Below are positions 1-10,172 of a DNA stretch of 64,000 bases, piece after piece. Both the position numbers and the translations under genes were made by a program. The notes beneath the pieces are model-generated. The model saw nothing but the letters and a program-made list of their open reading frames with translations. It searched no databases and was not told where the DNA came from. Origin of the DNA: Chrysomallon squamiferum (Eukaryota; Animalia; Mollusca); NCBI GenBank assembly GCA_012295275.1, contig CM022667.1:15810001-15874000 (forward strand), read 5' to 3'. How positions within the stretch are numbered: the first letter of the stretch is position 1; each line of letters starts with the position of its first letter.

Positions 1-257
1 CCTGTTTTGTAATCATGTTTTCTTTAAAACAATAAAGCATATGGTGTTTAAAAAATGGATTTGTATATCAATATATCACGAAAGGCTGAAACAATAATTT
101 TGCTTCCGTAAAAATCTGTTGCATGGTTGCGGCACGTCCATCAGAGAAACTGACATCTGGTGACCTCGGCTAAACACGGTTTATAACCACCGGCATGGTA
201 ACCGATATTTATTCCACTACTTTGGACTGAAAATTTTACGGGGACCTGTTCATTTTC

Positions 258-288
<31 letters not shown>

Positions 289-989
289 TAAAACGTTCTT
301 TCAGCGAGACGGGTTATTCAGCTGCAGGTGAAATTGTTAAAAATAAACTAGTAAAATTAGGTTGTCCCGCTAACTTTTTAATATTAATAATTTTTCGAGA
401 CGTCCAACTGTTTAAGGTTTAAAAACATTCTTCTCTGTACTGTAAGCCTAGAGTTTATGACAATAAAGTTATTGTCGTTTTCTATTTCGGATTTCGGGTG
501 TATATTCAGGAACAAAATAAAAAATAAAAATAATAATAACAATAAATTTAAAAAGATATATAGAGTTAGTTTTGCCAACATCGGCACACAGTTACTCAAG
601 TACTATCATTTCTTAAACAATTCCGGCAATTTGCACGTAATTAGGCTACCGGTGAGATGAAATGATCGCGCTTCTTTATAATTAGTATATGCAGCAAAAT
701 GAACAAGATTATTATTAGTGTGTGCTGATGCCTAAATGAATTCACTCATTTAGATTTAGCGTCAAAAGCAGAAGTGAGCTTAATACATATAGCTCACATT
801 TTGCATTGTCTTAATCGTAACGGCAAAGCGATCTGAAATACGGCGACGTGTCGAACTTTCTAAAACAAAATTAATAGAAAAGTTTTTTTTTTTTTTTTAT
901 CAAATCCATTGTGTAAACAGAGAGATTTAGCTATGCAGGGTTTACGCTAGGCTAGACAAATAGAGAGAAGACACTTGCAGCTATTCATA

Positions 990-1685
990 CAGTTGGTCTC
1001 ATGATTTATTAAGTGCCCTGACTTACGAGTTTTCCGAGTTACAGCTGTCGCGATTTTTTGCTTTGAGTTGCGAGCCAAAATCCAAGTTACACGCGAGCTT
1101 CAGGTACGCCGCCGCTAGTTGGCGCAACGAACAACACAACATCCGGCCAGCAAACCGCGTTTCACTCATTTACTTCACGTGGTTACCTGGCCGTGGAAGC
1201 ATCTCTGTTGCGCTGTGTTCGTGTTGTGTCCAGTATTTTGTCAAATGTCTTTTTTTTTTACCATGCATCGTAAGAAAGTGAGTGCAAAGGACAGTGCTGA
1301 GACGAAGAAGCTGACGATGTCCATTGAATTAAAGCATGAAATCATAGAAATAAACGAGTGAGGTGTGCATCTAGTCGACTTGGCTAGGCAGAACGAGCGT
1401 AATACTACCATACTGAAGCAGAAGGAGTCGATAAAGGCTGTAACTCCAGCTAAAGGCGTTAAAATAATTTGTCTGATATCCAAGATAAATACACTTTGCA
1501 AAACCAATTTATTTCTTTACATTCTCATTTATTTTGTGTTTAACACAATATTTGTCGTTTATAATTACATTTTTCTTTGTTAAAAACAAGTTACAAAAAA
1601 ATTAGTTTGGTTTTGTGGGGGCTGGAACGAATTAATGGTATTTCAGTTAATTTCAGTTGGGAAAATTGATTTGATATAAGAGCAA
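990..1685 (+). mobile_element. Degenerate, internally deleted Tigger/pogo-type (Tc1/mariner superfamily) DNA transposon relic
   Basis: Starts TA|CAG at 988-992 with TTACGAG-type subterminal repeats. From ATG 1263 it reads MHRKKVSAKDSAETKKLTMSIELKHEIIEINE*GVHLVDLARQNERNTTILKQKESIKAVTPAKGVKII, resembling the N-terminal pipsqueak-type HTH of Tigger/TIGD transposases, with an in-frame TGA at 1359. No catalytic domain; 3' TIR not found. Absent at the equivalent sites of units 2 and 3. Confidence 0.8.
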
Positions 1686-2460
1686 AAAATAAAAATAGGC
1701 GATACTGCCATAGGTAAAAAGTAAGTATTTCGTCCATGTTATCCCCCCTTCTCGTGAACACTAATTATATGCAGCTTAAAATATGATTACCGGCAACTGT
1801 ACGAAACCAACATTTACATCCAGCAAATTAAAAAATCTGAATGGATCGACCATACACACAATGAACTTTCGTACACTGACGTTATTAAAATCATAAACAA
1901 ATTAAATCTTTTGCTGCTACTACCGAAAGCACACTTTTGCAGTCAGTGTTAAAAATGGAGGCCCTGATACAGGAGATAGCTTTGGAGAGATAGATGAAAA
2001 AAAAACAATAACAACCAAAAATCCAAACAAACAAATAATAATAATAATAATAAAAAACAAAAACAAAAAAACAAAACAACAACAAAAGAACCCTGGAGTC
2101 ATCAGTGACAGACTATTTCTCAGCTGGCACTCGATAGACGTTGATTTGTAACATTCGTAAAAACTCATATTCCAGCATCATGTCATTTTATTGTCTACAG
2201 ACTAGCATTTTGTCTAAAACGGCATATCTGGTTGATCCCATGTGAATCCTGTATACAAACCTGCATTTTTAATAGACTAATCTAATTACCGTAATGAATA
2301 TTGTAGAAGTAACAGTAACAGTGGCGTAAAAAGAATTCTCTTCGTCAGTGTGCAAAAAAATTAAGTGTTGAGCATGTTTTCTAAAAAGAGGCTTCTAGTC
2401 ATGCAAAATCCAAAAATGTCATTAAAGCGGAAAAAAAAAAAAAAAAATAATAAAATAAAA

Positions 2461-2491
<31 letters not shown>

Positions 2492-3691
2492 AAATAAAAA
2501 AATCCCCCCAAAACAAAAATAAATTAAAAAAAATAATAATAAAAAATAGCCCACCCCCAAAAAAAAAAAAAAAATTAAGAAAAAAAAAAAAAAGACTGTT
2601 GAATCTGAGCTGTGGACACAGATTAACGACGTACGCAGCAATGACACGCACATTGACAGCTGCAGTGTAATGGTGACAGAAGTATTATCGTCATTGACAT
2701 TATTATCACAGTAGCAGTAGTAGTAGGATACGTTATAGTTTAATAACGGTAGAAGTAGTAGTACTGGTAGTAGTTGTAACAGTAAGCAGTAATAGTAGTA
2801 GTAGTGATAATAATTTGTTTTTATATTTAAAAATATAAATGCAGTATACTACATCTAGTACCACAAACACTAATAATAATAAACCTAAATTGTTCACTTA
2901 GAGAGTAAAAAAATATCTATATATTTATTTTTTATCAGCAAATTTTAAAACACACACACACACACACACACATTCATTTTTATTTCTACATGTTAGACAC
3001 TTATTGTCGTCATTTAGTTCTTTCTACTCTCCACATTATTCAGTGAGAACAGTAATTGTGTATATATATTTACCTACGGTGGACCAGAAGAAATAAGGGT
3101 TTGTTACAACAGTCCAATATATTATGTATAACATAATGTCAAACCATCTTGGTCCAGATTAAATGAGAATGTGAAATACCTTGTATTACCGTTATTGTAC
3201 GATCATAATTCAGTTCAGTTTACCAGTGAAAAGAATTTGCTCCTACGCCATTGTAGTTACTATGTATCTTGGAAAGCAAAATAAAAATCTCTTCGATCGA
3301 AAAGGCTTTTGAAACCTTTTGGAAACCCTTAACAATGTTTCTTCTGTTTAAATTATACTCAAATTCGCACAATAAGAAAGAGGGGAAAAAAAATGTAAAT
3401 AGGTGGTTTCAGAAAATCTGATTAAACTGAAAAAAAAAAAAAAAATTCTGGTTTTCTCTATTTTTCTACAAATGATGTTGGTGTTAATAATACAGGCCAG
3501 TAATTTTATTTTTTTCTGAGGGCTTTGAATTTGTATGTTACGCCTCAAAGCTAAATAATGGGTTTAATAAAACATAATATATTACAAGTATTCAACACTG
3601 ATAGTACTGCTATAACGACTGAATATCTTGTGACGTTTTCCAGTGGAGAACGCAGGTCACAGTAATTTATTTTGTGACCATAGTGGCTGCT

Positions 3692-3746
3692 TATATAAAG
3701 TGCGGTTTGAACCTAGAATCTTTGGGGAAAATTCTGAAAGGTAAAT
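3692..3746 (+). promoter_or_regulatory. Candidate TATA box plus short 5' non-coding exon and splice donor for SLC26 copy 1
   Basis: TATATAAA at 3692-3699, then AAG|GTAAAT (GT at 3741). The block is conserved in copies 2 and 3 although the surrounding DNA has diverged. Confidence 0.45.
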
Positions 3747-6387
3747 GATTTCAGTTTATTTATTTATTTTTATATATTTATTTATTATTTAGTTAAATTG
3801 AAAGTGTATTTATAAAAGTTACCCTGATTAGGAATGAAATGATGCATTATTCGGAGTTAATAACATATTTTGTTATTAAATATCATATTGTAGGAAACGT
3901 TCTATGCGTTTTTCAGTTAGTTAGAAAGCTCATTAATAGCGGAAGATGGTCATAGAGAAGAATGATGACTATACTGATGATAAAATAAATTAGCTATCGC
4001 GGTTTTTTTTTTTTTTTTTTTTTTGGTTTATTACTTGTTTTATTGAGTCTTTAAAACAAGGACAGAACTTTCGTTACAATTTGATATTATAAATAATTTT
4101 GCGCCTTTTGGTTTTTATGAAGTCCGATTAAATAGAGCATATTTTCTTTCTTTTTTTTTTTTTTTTTTTTTATGTTAAATCATTATTCTTATTCATTTTC
4201 ACAAGTAATATGCTAATATATATATACAAGACAGAAAATATTTCTGAAGAAAAATATTCAGAAGAAATTCTTTTGCTATTTATTAATTTAATTAATTAAT
4301 TAATTAATTAATTTATTATTATTATTATTATTATGATGATGATTTTTTATTATTATTATTTTTTCTTCAGTATTAGAACGCTTTAATACCCTATATTTAT
4401 TTTTACGTCCATCCGCTATTTAGTGTCCACTGAAGTCTTAAAGACGTTAAAGATTGATTGACTTATTCTTTATCCACTTATTTATTTTATTTTATATCTT
4501 TCGTCGAAACTACTTGGATTCTAATGCTAAAGTGTTGCTATCTATAAGAACCACTTTTTGTGGAATGAACGGGAAGCATATAATCTAAAAATATTTCCGT
4601 TCTAATGACTTTAAAAACTGGAGAAAAAACCCAACAACTAACGAATCTCTCATTTTCTCTATGAACCTGTCATTTTTTCGCACATGAATTTGTCAGAATC
4701 TTATCGATTTTCATTAAAAAAAAAAATCGATATGAAAATAAAAACAGAAATGATAATACCTTTTGCAAAAAAAAAAAAAAAAAAAAAAAAATAAATAAAA
4801 AAGAAAGATAGAAAGAAAAAAGAAGAAAATAAACGAAAAAAAAAAGAGAGGGAAAAACGGAGAAAATCATTGTGAGAAAAAGGATGTATTTTGCCCTTTC
4901 GATCTGTGTCTCATTCCTGTCATACTACAGTGCAAAGTTCAAATCAGACCGCAGTGTATTGCATTTCAGCTAGGGCTTGTTTCATAAACTATTGCCGACA
5001 TAATTTAATTCATGTCATTGACATTTTTTTAACACACACGTAAAATAAATTTAAAAAATCTTGAAAATAGTGCTTGATGATTGTTTGAATAATAATTTAT
5101 TTGTTGAAATAAACACATTTAAAAAAAAAAAAAAAACAGCTACTAAACATTATTTGAATGAAATGGATAGTAGTATGAAAATACGAATGAATGAACTGAA
5201 GTACAAAGAATACTTTTAGAAGTTCTCTACTCATCATCAGTTTGTTATTTAGAAATAATATTTGCCCATTTAATTTACTAATATCATATATCTATTTCAA
5301 CGGCTGATAAACCTTACAATCTTAACAACTGTTCATTCCTATTAGCGTTCCATTACTTTATTTTGAGGAGTATATAATTTCATTAAAAGTATTTGCTAGT
5401 AGTCAAAACATCACGTTCCCCCCCCCCCAACAGAAAGGAGTATGTACCTCATCAACAGTCATTAACCGGTGATTTACCTGCAATAAATTACACACTTTAC
5501 TGGTCAACCCAGATTTCTCTCTGGCAGCATAATAAACGTACGCACGTATTGTTTATTTATTTAGTTTATAAGCAGTTCATTTTCGACAGGGAAGTGCTTA
5601 AATAACAAAAAAATAATAATGACAGTATTAATAATAATAACAACAAGAACAATAATAGTGCTGCTTATGATATTAGTATTATTATTATTATTATTAGTAG
5701 TAGTAGTAGTAGTAGTAGAAGTAGTATTATAGAATTCATACAAAAAAATCAAATTATCTACCGAATGTTACATCGAACATACACACGGTTTTAAATTATC
5801 TTGAGAGCAATGTATGTTTCTCTACAGTAAACTAAGTCTACTTGTAAACTTGTCAGTGATTTGTTACACAAGACAATTTAGTCTGTACTTTTACGAAGCA
5901 TCAGACAGCTTTAAAGTGTTGTAAATATAACAATAATTTAAAAAAATGATTTATACCCCAGCAGGTGATAGGTGTATAGCTATTTGATAAAGGTCTTTGT
6001 CCAAGGAAGTCTCTTCAGTATTACCAAGTTATCATATTTAATATCCATATTAAATTGACTAAAAAACATGATTTTTTTTATTCTAAAACGAACTCTCAGT
6101 CTTTCTGTCTGACATCAGATGTAAATCTATACCCACACGCATTAGTTTTTTTCTTAGATGCATTTATCTCTACTCATACCTCACCACATACAAACCTTTT
6201 TCTCGATATTTTTCTTTTCTCTCCTAAGACAATAACTGCTTCAGAATTAATACTTTCTTTTTCTCCTCTCACTTTTTTCCAGCTCGTATTTGCTCACTCA
6301 GTTTGTTTATAAATATATATATTTATTCATTATATATTCCAATACTACTCTAATACACTTCATGTTCTTTGTGATAAAAATAAAACA

Positions 6388-6422
6388 ATGTCTATTTCCA
6401 GGTTCCGGAGTCCCCAGCAAAC
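6388..6422 (+). other. Splice acceptor and start of the large coding exon, copy 1
   Basis: TCTATTTCCAG| (AG at 6400-6401), 21 nt before the ATG. Same position in copy 2 (AG 27116-27117) and copy 3 (AG 50221-50222). Base composition shifts abruptly here. Confidence 0.7.
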
Positions 6423-8513
6423 ATGGACGTTCCGATGGACGAGAAAACGTCGGACGACATGCTGGGCACAGTGACCATTAAACGTCGAGTGTACACTCAA
6501 AACAAACTGGACAGAACCTATCACAAGGCGCCGACTCCGAAGTCTTTAAAAGATCGCTTTAGAAAGAAATGTCAGTGTTCCAAAAGTAGCATCCTCCGCG
6601 GTTTCATTTCTTTGTTGCCAGTCTTGATGGTCATCAAGCGTTATAACTGGAGACAAAATTTACTTGGCGATTTCCTGGCCGGTTTATCTGCAGCTTTCAT
6701 GCATTTTCCTCAAGGCATAGGCTTCGGGATCCTGGCATCACTCAGAGCTGTGCACGGTTTATACAGCACCTTCTTTGCGATCGTTTTCTACGCCATATTT
6801 GGAACCAGTCAACATGTGTCTTTTGGGACCAATGCAGTTATTGCTCTTCTTACAGCTTCCATAGTTGACAGAGAATCTGATTTAAAGTTCGGCGGTTACG
6901 GTAATTCTTCCAATGTAACAGAATCTGGTGAAGATATCGAGAACACGATACTGCAGTATAAAGTAGGAGTAGCAATGGCTGCAACGTTTCTGACGGGATT
7001 ATTTCTACTGGCAATGGGTGTGTTCAGACTCGGGTTTATCACAAACTATCTTGCCGTATCCTTTGTCGGAGGATTCACTACAGCAGCATCGTTTCACATA
7101 ACAACCAGTCAAGTCAGCAAACTGTTTGGATTAAGTATAAAAAGTAAACCAGGAGCTGGCAAAATCGTTTTAATGTACGTGGACATATTTACCAACATCG
7201 CAGACACAAACATAGCCGATTTCGTGATAGGAATGATCAGCATTGCCATTTTGCTGGGGGTCAAGGTCGGTATCAACGAACGCTACGGAAAGAAACTGAA
7301 AATGCCTATTCCTATTGATCTGATAATTGTCATAATTGCGACAATAATTTCCCACTTTGCAGAATTCAACAGAAGATTTGGGATGCACGTTGTTGGATTT
7401 ATTCCTTCAGGAATGCCGGTGCCAAGTCTCCCAGATTTAACAGTGACGACCAGAATCGCTCAGGACAGTTTCATCATTGCTATTCTCGTATTTGCGATGA
7501 CGATCTCCATGGCGAAGCTTTGTGCAGCTATACACGACTATGAAGTGGACAGCAATCAGGAATTAGTGGCATACGGAGCGACAAACATCCTGTCTTCATT
7601 CTTTCAGTGCTTTCCTACCTGTGTCGCTCCACCGAGGTCGATGATTCTCAGCTCTCTGGGATCTAAAACCACTCTGAATGCTGTACCGGCAGCCATTTTT
7701 ATCCTGGTTGTTTTACTGGTCGCTGGACCGCTGTTTGTATCACTACCTATCGCCGTTCTTGCTGCGATGATTATGGTGGCGATGAAGAATTTACTTCTGC
7801 AGGTAAAACAGCTTCCAGTTCTTTGGAAGATCAGCAAGGCAGACTTCATCATTTGGCTGACGACGGCGCTTGTATCCATCCTAGTAGATCTGGATATCGG
7901 ACTTATTGCTGGAATTGGTGTCTCCATCTTTTCAATCATCGTCCAGAGCCAGTTTTCGACTGGTCAGCTTGTTGGCATCTCGGAAAAAGAGGACGTATAT
8001 CTGGACGTAAAATATCATAAAGATATAAAAGAACTTAAAGGAATTAAGATATTTTATTTCAGCACAACACTTTTCTTCGCCAGCGCTGAACGATTCAAGT
8101 CCCAGCTTTTTGAGAAGACATTTCATCCTTTAAAATACGAAATCATTCCAAAAGGTGTTGCAATACAAGCTGATGGTATAAAAGATACAAATTCCCTCGA
8201 AGACGCCGAGGAAGAAAAACATAATAAAACAGAAATTGAAAGTGAAACTGAAAATCCAATTCATCACATTATCATTGATTGTTCGGCTATGACTTACATT
8301 GACATGGCTGGCGTAAATGTTCTTAAACTGGTAGTCACACAATTCCAGCGAGTGGGAACAGAAATATTTTTAGCAAACTGTTGTCGCTATATGCTCTCGG
8401 TGTTGGAGAAATCACAGATATACGACATTCTGCCTAAGAGCCACGTTTTTTACGATGTTCATGATGCTGTAACCGAGGCATGCATGGGTCAGAAAATTAC
8501 TTTAAATCTGTAG
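6423..8513 (+). CDS. SLC26/SulP-family anion transporter (prestin/SLC26A5-A6-like; sulfate permease domain + STAS), copy 1, 696 aa, single coding exon
   Basis: Uninterrupted ORF. Family motifs GDFLAG..PQG, GLYS, FGTSQHVS, GFTTAA, NQELVAYG, LPIAVLAA, and STAS motifs LFFASAE, IIIDCSAMTYIDMAG, VFYDVHDAV. NSS/NVT sequons in the TM3-TM4 loop. Orthology to a specific vertebrate member cannot be assigned by eye. Confidence 0.96.
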   Translation: MDVPMDEKTSDDMLGTVTIKRRVYTQNKLDRTYHKAPTPKSLKDRFRKKCQCSKSSILRGFISLLPVLMVIKRYNWRQNLLGDFLAGLSAAFMHFPQGIGFGILASLRAVHGLYSTFFAIVFYAIFGTSQHVSFGTNAVIALLTASIVDRESDLKFGGYGNSSNVTESGEDIENTILQYKVGVAMAATFLTGLFLLAMGVFRLGFITNYLAVSFVGGFTTAASFHITTSQVSKLFGLSIKSKPGAGKIVLMYVDIFTNIADTNIADFVIGMISIAILLGVKVGINERYGKKLKMPIPIDLIIVIIATIISHFAEFNRRFGMHVVGFIPSGMPVPSLPDLTVTTRIAQDSFIIAILVFAMTISMAKLCAAIHDYEVDSNQELVAYGATNILSSFFQCFPTCVAPPRSMILSSLGSKTTLNAVPAAIFILVVLLVAGPLFVSLPIAVLAAMIMVAMKNLLLQVKQLPVLWKISKADFIIWLTTALVSILVDLDIGLIAGIGVSIFSIIVQSQFSTGQLVGISEKEDVYLDVKYHKDIKELKGIKIFYFSTTLFFASAERFKSQLFEKTFHPLKYEIIPKGVAIQADGIKDTNSLEDAEEEKHNKTEIESETENPIHHIIIDCSAMTYIDMAGVNVLKLVVTQFQRVGTEIFLANCCRYMLSVLEKSQIYDILPKSHVFYDVHDAVTEACMGQKITLNL

Positions 8514-8710
8514 TAATATGTTGTCCTATTTTTATGCACATTCCAGCTGAAAGAAAATGACGGGACATTTAGTGCATGGAGGATTATGTGTATTTGTGTA
8601 TTGTTTGTGTATTAATTGTGCTTTTGTATGTGAGTGTGCACGCACGCTCACGCACGTGAACTTGTCTGTCCATCTTTTTATACTGAGAAGGCGTAAAAAC
8701 AATTTTGATA

Positions 8711-8752
<42 letters not shown>

Positions 8753-9126
8753 GATTTACAATCCCTTATCTGAACGATTTCGAACTGTAAATATTTTGGA
8801 AAGCAAAGAGACAGTCTGAGATTAGGATCTAAGTCTAAAAACGATTTCCATTTATATTTCTTTTACAGCATATATAATCCGAAAACTATCACTACTTCTA
8901 CTGTTTGGAACAAGTTTTCCTTCTAAATTTCGGAAAAGTGGTCCTGAACCTTAATAATAGTAATAATAATAATAATAATAGTAATAGTAATAATAATAAT
9001 AACAACAACAATAATAATAAAAGTTTGAAATCAATATATTTGCTTATTATTATTATTATTATAACTGGATGATGTTATGCAAGAAAAATGCATGAGGTAT
9101 AAAAATATTTAGCTTTACTGTACTGA

Positions 9127-9132
9127 AATAAA
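9127..9132 (+). terminator. Candidate polyadenylation signal, copy 1 (equivalents at 29831-29836 and 52937-52942)
   Basis: AATAAA ~610 nt after the stop, followed by TG-rich sequence; identical in all three units. The hexamer is common in AT-rich DNA. Confidence 0.35.
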
Positions 9133-10172
9133 AGTTATTAAATTTCTGTGATACAGTGTCTATAATTATCATATTATTTTAACTACATGAAGTTAACAAT
9201 TATTTTTAAATAAAAGTAAAACTTTAGTCATAAAATCAAGCTGTTACTCGATTTCTGTCAAAAAATAGTGTCGATATAGGCCACTATTACCGTTGTTTAA
9301 TTTTTTGTTAGACCTTTCAAGAGTTATCTTTCTTTAATTAGCGTCTACTGGAAATGTAACAGGTTAATGATTTAAATATCTATTATGACTGAGTCTCCCC
9401 TCCCCGTTAAAAGACAATATATTAAATAATTATAATAAAAATGATGATGATGATGATGATGATGATGATAACAATAATAATAATATAAATACTACTACTA
9501 CTACTACTACTACTAATAAATAAATAAATAAAAAGAAAACTATAGAGAAAAAATAAGTATCGTTTAATAACATCTTATTCTATATTAATTATAAAATTAC
9601 ATAATTGTTGCCAGAGCCCGGGACCCGGGAAGTGTATTGCGCGCTCTGATCTGTGAAAGTTAGTCATTCCCCGAGCCCCTCCCACTAGTCGAGCAGTGAA
9701 ACCCGCCGCTTTCCCTCCATTACAAAACACCACATTTTCTGTAATCTTTAATAATCCACGTTTTCTGTTCTTCGTTAATTACTTTTAAATCTTTTTGTTT
9801 TATTTTCTAAAACTTGCTTATTCTTTGTTGTTTCAGGTGGCAAATTTTTTTAAAATACACTCTCATATTTTTTCTTCAACTTTTTTTCCTGCTTGAACCC
9901 GATATTTTTCTTTACTGCTAATCCTGTCATTAATGAATCAACAGTGTAAAACCCAAAAGTAACTAATTCATATTTCAGGTTGTCACGTTACGGTGTACAC
10001 ATAAGATATGTAGTAATCATTAATATTATACACACGCGCACACACGCGCACACTGTCACACACACACTACCTATAGACCACAATATGGTATTTAATTAAT
10101 ATCATTTCTGGCATAACTTAATTTTATTGTCGAAGTGTGGTAGCTGACTTTGTCTGTAGTTCGCTAATGCGT

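Noticed and set aside
1891-5752. Many 60-140 aa ORFs rich in F/L/I/Y/N here and throughout the spacers
   Set aside because: Translations of poly-A/T, (AAT)n, (AAAT)n, (GA)n and (GT)n tracts; no domain-like content.
7170-8342. Short antisense and alternate-frame ORFs within the SLC26 CDS (repeated in each copy)
   Set aside because: Shadows of the real coding frame; they recur only because the DNA is duplicated.
8499-8513. C-terminal TLNL as a PDZ-binding motif
   Set aside because: Lacks S/T at -2 of the class I motif found in several SLC26 proteins; a class II match is too degenerate to claim.
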